Shown here: positions 53,045-64,000 of the stretch, in pieces
Layout: every line of letters starts with the position of its first letter
Numbering within the stretch: position 1 is the first letter of the stretch
Source of the DNA: Octopus sinensis
Taxonomy: Eukaryota
Assembly: GCF_006345805.1 (NCBI RefSeq)
Contig: NC_043002.1
Location: 79,546,001-79,610,000, forward strand
DNA length: 64,000 nt
Reading direction: 5' to 3'
Program-made: the position numbers and the translations under genes
Notes under the pieces: generated by a model
Database searches by the model: none
Told to the model about the DNA's origin: nothing
The model's input: only the letters and a program-made list of their open reading frames with translations

Positions 53045-53599
53045 ACATTTATATGTGTATACATAAATTTATATGTAGTTAGGTGATATTCTGTTGAAAA
53101 CGTAATAGAGTATAATATAAAACTTGTTCACCTTTAGATTTCACCCAGTGCTATCCAACAGTAGCATTATAACTACTGCCAGATTTGCGTTGGAGCTTCT
53201 GTAGAGTGTAAATTTATAATTGAATAAGTCAACAAGAAGCAGTACAGAGGAACATTTATTTGTAATTGCTACAGTTGTTTCTACGCAACGTAGTTCTCCA
53301 GGTTCGCGGATATTTGGTTATGTAACCATGTTCCTGAATTATGAGATCTTGTGTCTCATCAGCTGATATTTAAATATTGTCTCTGTGTTCAGTAAACTCA
53401 CACTTTCGACTTTGACAGCGCCCTTTTGCTTGTTGTGGCTATACGTGGTCGAAATAACCACGTAGTATATCAAAATGTGTGTAGTGGTCGAAAGTCTGCT
53501 GATGAATCCGCTTTAAATGTATTGTACCATAAATCTAAAAACAGTAGGAATTTACCAATGTGTTTATAATTTCTTCTAATTTATAAACAAAAAACAACT

Positions 53600-54075
53600 T
53601 TTCTGACCTTTTTTTTCTGCCTTTAACCCTCCAACGTGAAGTATAGGCCACTTATAATTGAATTCCATGTCGCATAATTTTTCGCTTCTGCACTTATACT
53701 CTGCCATGAACGTCCCCCTTTCTCTTTTCCTTTTGTGTTGATCTACGACATGAGTTCTTAGGCCTACCTGTCTTTCTATATCCATTCGGATTCCACTGTA
53801 AAGCACTTTTCGCTACATTTGGTGTCTTTTCTAATTGTGCTACCTATCCACTTCCACTTTTTCTTAAATATTTGCTCCCTAATCGAAACTTCATTTGTTC
53901 TTTGCCATAGCTCCATATTGCTTATGTGTTCGTGCCATCTAATTTTGATTATACTACGCAAGCATCTGTTGATGAATGATTGTATTTACTTATTTGACTT
54001 AACAGTTGTTCGCCATGTCTCAGCCCCAAACAATAACACCGCTTTTACGTTACTTGATATATATTTTTCATGTCC
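53600..54075 (-). mobile_element. RTE-clade LINE 3' ORF fragment
   Basis: Minus translation NVKAVLLFGAETWRTT...FINRCLRSIIKIRWHEHISNMELWQRTNE...KWKWIG, the typical RTE C-terminus. Confidence 0.85.
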
Positions 54076-54467
54076 ATTGTTGTTGTTGTTAAAATAATCA
54101 GATACACACATAAACACACATTCATACGTGTATTCAAATTCATAATAATTTGATCTTGCAGGAAACATCACTTTTTCATTTCACAATCCAGAGACTATGT
54201 ATCTAGTTCTCTCTACGAGAAAGGAACAGAAAGCATATGGAAGAGGCAAGAGTTTAAAATACAGAAATGGCAGAATTACAAGAAAGAATTGCTTGATTTC
54301 AGAGAGAAAGAAAATCCTGATAAAAGAGTGAGAGAAAAAAGAAGTGTTGTAGATCTCATTTCCTTTTTCTTGTGAAATTTTTTATTTTATTTTCATCTAT
54401 TTAGAAAACATTATTGGAGTTGGAGGCTGGATATGCTATGGATGGTAAGTATTGAGGTTCTTATTAG

Positions 54468-54885
54468 AGGCACATGAGTCGCTGAGTGGTAAGTAGCTTG
54501 CTTACGAACCACATGGTTCCAGGTTCAATCCCACTGCGTGGCACCTTGGGCAAGTGTCTTCTACTATAGCCTCGGGCCGACCAAAGCCTTGTCAGTGGAT
54601 TTGGTAGACGGAAAGTGAAAGAAGCCCGTTGGATATATGTATATATGCATATATATGTATGTGTGTGTATATATTTGTGTGTCTGTGTTTGTACCCCCAA
54701 CATCGCTTGACAACCGATGCTGGTGTGTTTACGTCCCCGTAACTTAGCGGTTCGGCAAAAGAGACCGATAGAGTAAGTACTACGCTTACAAAAAAAATAA
54801 GTCCTGGGGTCGATTTGCTCGACTAAAGGCGGTGCTCCAGCATGGCTACAATCACATGACTGAAACAAGTAAAAGAGCAAAAGAG
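54468..54885 (+). mobile_element. SINE family A, full length
   Basis: tRNA-like head, CORE-like block, microsatellite and tail. Confidence 0.85.
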
Positions 54886-55197
54886 AGGGGGTGTCAGTCT
54901 ATTTATTTGTACTGCTAATTTATTCTTCATGGTCGGTTACCCTTGCAATTGCTATTGGCTGACCTTCAAGAGTTCACTGGTCATTTTGTTGACGAACTTA
55001 CATACATATACATCGTTCTATATGGATCTACATATGTACACTGCCATATATACACGTACATGCTCTCATCTATACATACGCATTCACATCTGAATATACG
55101 CCCCCTACGACTTTACATCTATACACTCGTGTACGCTTACATATGCAAATTCATGTACGCACACACAGTCACACATACATCTATATACATACTCATG

Positions 55198-55235
<38 letters not shown>

Positions 55236-56265
55236 AAGATACACCACGTATGCGCATACGTACATAAACACACACAAATATATGTACATATGCACATACC
55301 TACTCATATACATACATATATGTATTGAAACACACGCACACACATACGCGCGCGCACACATACGCGCGCGCACACATACGCGCGCGCACACATACACATA
55401 CGCGCGCGCACACACACACTCACACACACACACACATATATCAGGATCGATTAATTAAACCGATGATGGAATTGGTACTACACTTATTTCCTACGACGAT
55501 CATTTTGACCCATCCTGCGACTGTCCTTTATGGGTTGGATGCGGTGCATCATATTGTGTATCCTCAATTTTGCAGTCTGTGGTCATATAAGGCACATCCA
55601 TGCATAAAATGATGTCTCACTAAAGATCTTGAGTTGATGCGGTCATGTTGTTATTTGCCCTCTTTAGGAGCGGGTAAATAACATGAAATACTACAGTGAG
55701 TATGTTACGAAACTAATCAGATGTGAGATATAAAGATCACTGCAGCAAATGTAGAAAAGACATAGAAGAAATACATCTATGGGGAGACACTGGTACGTTC
55801 TAAGCGACTTCTTTTCAACCATTCTTAGGGACTGAACATCGATTTTAGATGTGTGTGTGTGTGTATAAAATAATCCTACACATAAAACAGGTTTCTTTGT
55901 CTTCTGCATGAGCAAGTCACTTCTTTCCTTGCTTACTAGGTTATCCCTTAAAATCTGAAACTTTTCCTCTAATTTTCACTATACAAGTGATGTATGATTT
56001 TATAAATGAAATAGGTTGTGTCTCCCCTTTCACCACTCATTGTTTGAACGTGCAGAGTTGAACGCATTCTTTGTATATGTAATGTGTTAGTTTGTAAATT
56101 AGAATATTCAAATATCATTCTTCAACTTGAGAAATTTCAGATGCAATGTTCTTGTTATAAGTAGTAATGCTGACTGTAGATTGAAAATCGAGCATTCATA
56201 GTTTACAGTTGCAAACATTCTCACTGAATGGAGACATCAATTAAATTACGTTCCGATGTACGGTA

Positions 56266-56304
<39 letters not shown>

Positions 56305-57444
56305 GAGAGAGAGAGAGAGAGAGAGTCAGAGAAGAGAGAGAGAGATGATGTGTTTATACATATATGTATGTACACGCAACATTATATTTAGTTATATTTA
56401 AAAAAATGTTTGAATATCAATTAGCTTAATTTTGAACATATAGACGGGTTTTTCATTGTCCTGTTTCCTTAATACGGTGATATCGTTTCGCTTCAATACT
56501 TTTCTATTCGCATGTCGTTTCCCTAATTAAAATATACTCAAAATTAATATTTATGTAAATGTTCCTTCTTTTATTAACGTTTCTTCTTCTATTGCCTTTT
56601 TGCAACACAGAGGAAATTATTTCAGCTATAGTGAAAATATTTTGTTTACATTTTTAAAATTCAAATTCCTTATTATATTATAGTTTACTAAATTATTAAT
56701 TCATTTTGGTTTATGAAACTTTACAATATGTGTATATCGCTTTGTCTTTTTCTTTATGTTGCTTCGTTTTTGGTTTCCTCACGTCTGGTCACTATCTCAG
56801 CGTTTCATGTGATATAGTGGTTCTTTATGAATTCTTCCTATTCAAAGTTCTATGTTTAATCTATATATTTTTAAAAACTTGTTTAGACTTATATGTACCT
56901 ACATATATATGTACGACTTATATGTACCAATATATAAATTTTGGCTATTAACTCTTTAAAAAGTCACCTCTATACTACTCACTCAAAGCCGATGATGATT
57001 TCTCACTGCTGGGCGAAAAGGCTTTTATTGTATTTCTTTTTTGAGCTTCATATCTTGATATTTATTTTATCTATTCCATCCAACATTTTGTTCACTGTCA
57101 TATTTTGTTTGTTTTGTGTTATCTCAGAATCCATTCAGTCGTTTTCATATCTTTCACCAATCGTTACATATCATATGATCGTTTCTAACTCACTGTCAGC
57201 TGCTGTAATTTTCTTTATCTTCAACTCGCTTGTATAATAGCAAGATTAATGACAAGTATATTTTCTTGAAAATCAAGTAACTGCTGATAAGATTGCTGCT
57301 AGTTGTTGCCTTTAACGGAGTCCACTATGCTTCAAACATTCAGACTGTTCTTACTGGTCTAGCAATAACTTGACACAAGCAAAACCTAGTTTTTTAAATG
57401 CTTTCCAACTTTCTGCCTTTTTCGAACCTTGGTTGATCTCTCTC

Positions 57445-57661
57445 TTACTCGTTTACTCGTTTACTTGTTTCAGTCATTTGACTGTGGCCATGCTGGAGCA
57501 CCGCCTTTTAGTCGAGTAAATCTATCCCAGGACTTATTCTTTGTAAGCCTAGTACTTATTCTATCGGTCACTTTTGCCGAACCGCAAAGTTACGGGGATG
57601 TAAACACACCAATATCGGTTGTCAAGCGATGTTGGAGACAAACACAGACACACAAGCATAT

Positions 57662-57708
<47 letters not shown>

Positions 57709-57864
57709 CAACAGGCTTCTTTCAGTTTCTGTCTACCAAATCCACTCACAAGGCTTTGGTCGGCCCGAGGCTATAGTGGAAGACACTTTCTCAAGGTGCC
57801 ACGCAGTGGGACTGAACCTTGTGTTTCGTAAGCAAGCTACTTACCACACAGCCACTCCTACGCC
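57445..57864 (-). mobile_element. SINE family A, full length
   Basis: Reverse complement of 54468-54885. Confidence 0.85.
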
Positions 57865-58221
57865 TAAATTAAATAAATATTAAATTCATTTAAATATTTA
57901 AAGGAAATAGAAGTACCCATGCATTAATATAAATGACACAAGTTTATTAATAGAGTACTGTGTAGAGTTGTATAAAACAGGGCCATCTATTAAACTAGAT
58001 TAGTGACCATAGGAATTTGAATTTCCTGCACGAAATTACTACAGATTGTAAGAGTTGTGGAACATCAGTGCACGAAAACTTTCTCTTGTACCTGTAATTT
58101 GATGCTCTGATGATGATCTCCCACGTTGATTTTGTCAAATGAGTTTCCAGTTGTTCGATCAACTGAGCAAACTGCTTATTGAATTACCGTGACAAGTGGG
58201 TAGTATTCCATACATATATGT

Positions 58222-58425
58222 ACCTATTTCTTTACTACCCACAAGGGGCTTAACACAGAGAGGACAAAGAAGGACAGACAAATCACCGTAACTGGTACTT
58301 ATTTAATCGACCCCGAAAGGATGAAAGGCAAAGTCGACCTCGGCGGAATTTGAACTCAGAACGTAACGGCAGGCGAAATACTGCTAAGCATTTTGCCCGG
58401 CGTGCTAACAATTCTGCCGCCGCCT
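58222..58425 (-). mobile_element. SINE family B
   Basis: Contains GGATGAAAGGCAAAGTCGACCTCGGCGG. Confidence 0.8.
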
Positions 58426-59096
58426 TCCATACATATATGTACCATTAATATAATTCTCAGTTAGAGTGACACAAATGTTTCAAGTCTAGACCTTTATATG
58501 ACAGGTACAGCCTAACTGACGAACTTATCTTCTTTTCAAATTCACTTACATGACTTCGATCGTTCGAGGAATTGAAACCGAGACCTCATGGCTGAATAAT
58601 GAATTCTAAACCTTCTCAGTGATGCTTGCATCCGCTTGATGCAATACCCCCTACTTTCATCAGGCATGGTTTTTCCTCATACATTTCCCCGACAGTATTT
58701 GAAGAACTAGCAAGAAAATCATCCTCTGACAGAGCAATGCATCACTTTGTGATTAGTAAAAAACAAACACAAAATGACTAACAGACAGACATCTAGTGAA
58801 GTATCTAACGTCAAAAAGGAGACATGTGAGAATTGGATAGGAAAAGCTCTTGGAAACATATCTTTTATCGTTTAAAGGTATTAGTTATAAGATTACGGCC
58901 ATGGAAGGCTACTGTCTCGAAAATTTTAGTGAGAAAAATCTACTTCAGTACTTGAGTTTTGTATTTCTATCGGCCACATCACCCAGTCAGTAAGTGACCA
59001 GGACGTAAACAAACAAACACCGGAACACCGGTTGTCAAGCACATACATAAAAGAGACGCATATATATGTATATATACATATACATGCACACATCTA

Positions 59097-59183
<87 letters not shown>

Positions 59184-59271
59184 ATATCTATCTATCCCTC
59201 TATATATCTCTCTTTCTCTTTCTCTCCCCCGCTCTCTCTTCATAATACATACAATATATATATATATATAT

Positions 59272-59764
59272 ATAAAAAGCAAAAGACAGCCTAGATCCAT
59301 GAAAAGTCTCCTTACACAAGCCCGAATTCACTCCTCAACACAGAAGCTGACAGTAAAAAAATGTGGAAGACCCAATTGCGGGATATGCGACTATCTATTG
59401 AGGGATCAGAGTTCTCCTTCAAGCAGGGACAACGGTTTACAGTGAAAAGCACTTCACATGTGCTTCGGAGAACCTAATATACTCACTAACCTGCTCCGGG
59501 TGTCAAGAGCAGTACATAGGCCAAACAAAAAATGGTTTGCGTAAACGAATGGCCCTGCACAGATCCCATAAAAATTCCCCAAAACAGAAAAATAGCCTTT
59601 AGCCAACACATAGATACTTGCGCCCACAAAAAAACACCAAACTTCAGATTTTTCCCCCTCTACCAATTTAGGGACGATACAACCTCGAGACAACGAATAA
59701 GTAAAGAAAATCTCTTTATTACAAAATACAAGCCACTTCTAAACGGGTCTACGACAAACAATTA
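59272..59764 (+). pseudogene. Penelope-like (Neptune-type) GIY-YIG endonuclease, frameshifted
   Basis: SKRQP...KCGRPNCGIC (CX5CX2C linker) / TCASENLIYSLTCSGCQEQYIGQTKNGLRKRMALHRSH / FSQHIDTC...KENLFITKYKPLLN*. Confidence 0.9.
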
Positions 59765-60483
59765 ATATACCTCAACTTTAGAATAAAAGAAAAAAATATA
59801 TATACACACACAAATATTACACTCCATAGAATCCATTACTAATCAGCCCCTTCATAGCTATACTTACACCCATTCATATTCCCCCTCTCTGTTTTTTTTC
59901 TTCTTCTTCTTCTTCCTCTTCTTCTTCATCATCATCATTATCATCATCATCGTCGTCATCATCATCACCACCATCATCACCACCATCTTCTCCTCTCCTC
60001 TCCTTCTCTTCTTCTTCATCATCATCATTATCATCATCATCGTCGTCATAATCATCACCACCACCACCATCATCGTCATCTTCTCCTTCTCTCCTTCTTC
60101 TTCTTCTTATTTTATTCTTCTTCTACTTCTCCACCCCCTACCCCTTAACTTTGTCACTAATGTTTTTTAGTATAACACCTACGCTAATTCTATAAACAAG
60201 CCTGTCAATATAAATATTCTCCTGAATTGAACTGAGACTGCCAGCCGCCACTGACCATTCAAAATACGACCATCAGGCACTCCCAGATTCTCCCATCCCC
60301 CTTTCCCCACCAGCCTTCTTCCTCTACTACCCTTCCAAGAACTCACAACGACCTCCGACACACAAGTGCAAACAAGGGAGTCAGAGAAAGGCAGAATGCC
60401 ACTTAAATCTGAACACTACTATAGAAATATTCTTTTAAAAAAACTTTTCTTCTAATTTTCTAAATTTAATTATTTAATCGTTA

Positions 60484-60521
60484 CAGTTGAAAAGGTCTCA
60501 AAATGACCGAAACCGGTACTG
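60484..60521 (+). ncRNA. Candidate minimal type I hammerhead ribozyme
   Basis: CAG-TTGAAAA-GGTC(TCAAAAT)GACC-GAAACCGGTA-CTG: stems I and II, palindromic stem III ACCGGT, GUA site; downstream of a PLE endonuclease. Confidence 0.6.
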
Positions 60522-60810
60522 AAATGTTCACTATAAAATTATTTTAGCATTTTCTATTTTTGACTTGTTTTTTCATATATATCAACTCGTGTGTTCCTTT
60601 TCACCCTTATACATATATATATATGTATATATATATTCTCTCCCTGTTTATTTCTGTGTTCCTTTCTGTCGAAGAGCGTAGGGTTGAAACGTAAAAGAAT
60701 TTCACACTTCCCGAGCGTTAAACTAATACATCTGTTTGCTGTTAAACACCCGTCTTCGTCTTTTGTTTTTTTTGTGTAAATTCTCACTATATATATATAT
60801 ATATATATAT

Positions 60811-61111
60811 CACCGTGATCACCATGACCGACCAGGCTATCAGATGTTGCTACATATCGCTGGTCACAATGCGCTTCGCATTGTTTTAGCTTTCAAATGA
60901 CGCCACCCCGCAGGCTAAGCGAGCAGGTCAACAGAAGAAAGAGTGAGAAAAAGTTGTGGTGACAGAGTACAGCAGGGATCACCACCCCGTGCCGGAACGT
61001 TGTAGAGCTTTAGGTGTTTTCGCTTAATAAACACTCACAACGCCTGGTCTGGGAATCGAAACTGCGATCCTACGACCGCGAGTCCGCTGCCCTAACCACT
61101 GGCGATTGCGC

Positions 61112-61113
<2 letters not shown>
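60811..61113 (-). mobile_element. SINE family C variant
   Basis: Head as 24579; its distinct tail also occurs at ~44009-44130 on the plus strand. Confidence 0.8.
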
Positions 61114-61149
<36 letters not shown>

Positions 61150-61170
61150 CTCTCTCGTATCTATATATAC

Positions 61171-61207
<37 letters not shown>

Positions 61208-62307
61208 TAGCTGAAATTTACAGAAAACAAAAAGACGAAGATAGGTGTATGAACAACAAGCAGGTGTATTAGTTTTACGCTGAAGAAGATGAGAGTGTCT
61301 TTTACGTTTCGAGCCTACGCTCTTCAACAGAAAGGAATAAGAGAAAACATACATACATAAATACGACGGGCTTCCAGAGTGTTTCCGTCTACTAATTTCA
61401 CTTAGAAGATATTGTCCAGGTCGAGGGTTGTATCAGAAGACACTTGCGCAACGTGGCACACAGTTGGAATGAAAGCTGGAACATGTGGTTGCAGAGCGCC
61501 TATTTGTGAAGAGCTTTATTGAGTAAATCTTCCAATTTAAGCAGTTAACAAGTTGTTTGTCAGGTTGTATTTTAAGATTACATATTCTGAAGTATCACGT
61601 TTGCAGAAGGAAATGCCAAACCACCTCAATATCTCTGTCATTAAAACACTGTGAGAATGTCAGATCGATGCGTCCGATGGGAAGATCCGCGTTTTTATCG
61701 GGAAGGTTTTTTTTTGTAATGTCATCAAAGCGCTGTAAGTGTACGGCACATGACAACAACGAAAATAGGATTAGCTGAAAATAATATTTACAGAGGTTCG
61801 ATTGAGATATGAATTTATCATTAAAGTAAATCGATTCAAAATCCCATCAACATAAAAAAAAATAATTGGTGGCGGGAGACTAAAATATTTGTCGCTGTTC
61901 TTGTTATTTAGTTTTCACTTTAGTTTTTTTTTCGAAAGATCTCTAATTAATGGTATTGAGGTCGTCACCAACTAAAATTTCCTTACTTGGTAATTCGGTG
62001 GGATGTGATTTGAAGTTGACTTGCATGGTATTTCGTGCATGAAGAGCGAAATATTTCGCAAGATGGCGTCTCTATGACAGTTATTCATGAAACAATTTCT
62101 CTCTGTCAGGAATGTACATTTTTATGTTTCCCGATTCTTTTGTTACTAATTCTTTTGTCACTGCTACTTCACGAAGTACGATAATGAAAGTCTTTGCTTC
62201 TCTGATGAGAGCGAAACATGAATGACGTTGCAATTCGTACTTTCCGTAATAATTAACATTAGCAGTGTCATAAGAATTCCATTGTTATTATTATGTAAAT
62301 TCCTTAA

Positions 62308-63135
62308 GGCGGCGTGCTGGCAGAAACGTTAGCCCGCCGGGCGAAATGCTCAGCAGTATTTCGTCTGCTGCTACGTTCTGAGTTCAAATTCCGCCGAGGT
62401 CGACTTTGCCTTTCATCATTTCGGGGTCGATTAAATAAGTACCAGTTACGCACTGGGGTCGATATAATCGACTTAATCCATTTGTCTGTCCTTGTTTGTC
62501 CCTTCCGTGTTTAGCCCCTTGTGGGTAGTAAACAAATAGGTATTTCATCCGTCTTTATGTTCTGAGTTCAAATTCTGCCGAGGTTGACTTTTTTCTTTCA
62601 TCCTTTCGGGGTCGTTAAATTAAGTAGCAGTCAAATGCTGGGGCCGATGTGATCGACTATCGCCCTCTCCACAATTTCCAGACCTTGTGTCTGAAGTGGA
62701 AAGGATTATTATGTAAATTCCTTAGGCGATGAGCACTCCGGGTTAATGCTTAGCGGCATTTCGTCCGTCTTTTTGTTTTGAGTTCAAATTCCGCTGAGGT
62801 CGACTCTGCTTTCATTCATTCGGGGTCGATAAAGTAAATACCAGTCGAGTACTGGAGTTAATGTAATCAATTTACTCCTACCCCCGAAATTAATGGCCTC
62901 GTGCCAAAATTTGAAATCGTTATTATATAAATTCATTAGTTTGCGAGCTGGCCGAATCCTTAGCACGCCAGACAAATCTCTTAGTGGTATTTCGCTATCA
63001 TTACGTTCTGAGCTCAAATTCTGCCACGATCAATTTTCCCTTTTATCTTTTCGGGGTCGATAAAGAAAGTAGCAATCAAGTATTGGAGTCTGTGTAATTG
63101 ATTTGACCATCTCAATAACTGCTGGCCCTATAGCA
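62308..63135 (+). mobile_element. Head-to-tail cluster of about 4 SINE family B units
   Basis: Repeated CTGAGTTCAAATTCCGCCGAGGTCGACTTTGCCTTTCATC blocks. Confidence 0.85.
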
Positions 63136-64000
63136 ATATTTGAAAATTATACCATTTCTTATATCAATTCCTAAGATTGGCACAAGCCCACACATCTCTG
63201 TGTGGAGGTATGGTAGATTTAGTCGACTCCGGTATTTGACTCGCATCCTATTTTATAGACCCCGAGAAGGACATACTCCAAGTAATATTCAAAATAATTT
63301 ACTAATATCATTTTTCCTCAACGCATAATTGTTTCTAGTCAGTTTCTTTAATGCTCCTCGCATTAAATATAAGTTAACATAAAATTACTCACGTAATATA
63401 CATTTAAGATATTTATGAACACATATAAAGTCTGGTAATTACCTGCTAGGGCAAAATAAAGAGAATGAAAAAGACCTTTCTACTACACTATCCTCTCTTT
63501 ATCTGTATCATTCAACAAGGTACAGAGTGTACCATGCCTCAGTATATTTGGCTGAACAGCAAAGGATTCTATAATACGAAACCACAAATAGATAGATGGA
63601 AGGTATGATGAAAAGTTTCTTTGATCGACTCAGTTATCAGGTCAAAATCTTTTCAAATGAGCCAAAACAACAAGACCATATCCAAATTAAATCCCATATC
63701 CGTTTTATCTCCAGTCCATATACAATAGCATATATAGAATATTGCTAACAATGGCACTTTCATCTTTATTTAGAATTGTGATAATCAGTGAAGGAGAACT
63801 GTTCGGAGGATACAACCATTTCTTTACATTCTTCGATTGAATATGGCATGTAACAAACCTGATCTATCGAGTATAATAACGTATGATTGATTAAACAGCG
63901 TAATCACACTCTTCACACGGCTTTTGTTAGAAGACATATCCGTTTGTATACACACACTCATTCTCTCTCTCGCTTTCTCTCTCTCTCTCTCTCTCTCTCA

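Larger units (their letters stand above)
52565..54217. repeat. Inverted duplication of ~267 bp (52565-52831 / 53951-54217)
   Basis: CGTAGAGAGAACTAGATACATAGTCTCTGG ... GATGCTTGCGTAGTAT present in both orientations with few substitutions. Confidence 0.9.

Noticed and set aside
62195-62230. CTGATGA-GAGC-GAAAC hammerhead core
   Set aside because: No properly placed NUH site or stem I partner.

Overview
AT-rich, microsatellite-saturated animal genomic DNA, most likely an octopus (inferred from the tRNA-derived SINE families and repeat landscape; not verifiable here). No intact host protein-coding gene can be supported, and nearly all listed ORFs are translations of (TA)n, (TACA)n, (ATT)n or (CA)n tracts. 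The window is intergenic or intronic and is built from: several SINE families; three Penelope-like retroelement (PLE) remnants (a Neptune-type RT, a Neptune-type GIY-YIG endonuclease and a Naiad-like endonuclease); RTE, CR1/L2 and ORF1 LINE fragments; Tc1, mariner, pogo and hAT elements and MITEs; non-autonomous Helitrons; a ~3.8 kb array of a ~487 bp unit that flips orientation at a fold-back junction; and a 100-N gap. The most interesting signals are RNA-structural. One is a complete minimal type I hammerhead ribozyme fold with the U3-A8 covariant core next to a PLE endonuclease. Another is a dispersed (TA)n-associated repeat family carrying hammerhead-like folds with non-canonical cores but compensatory stem changes. 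There are also several long inverted repeats that could form dsRNA.
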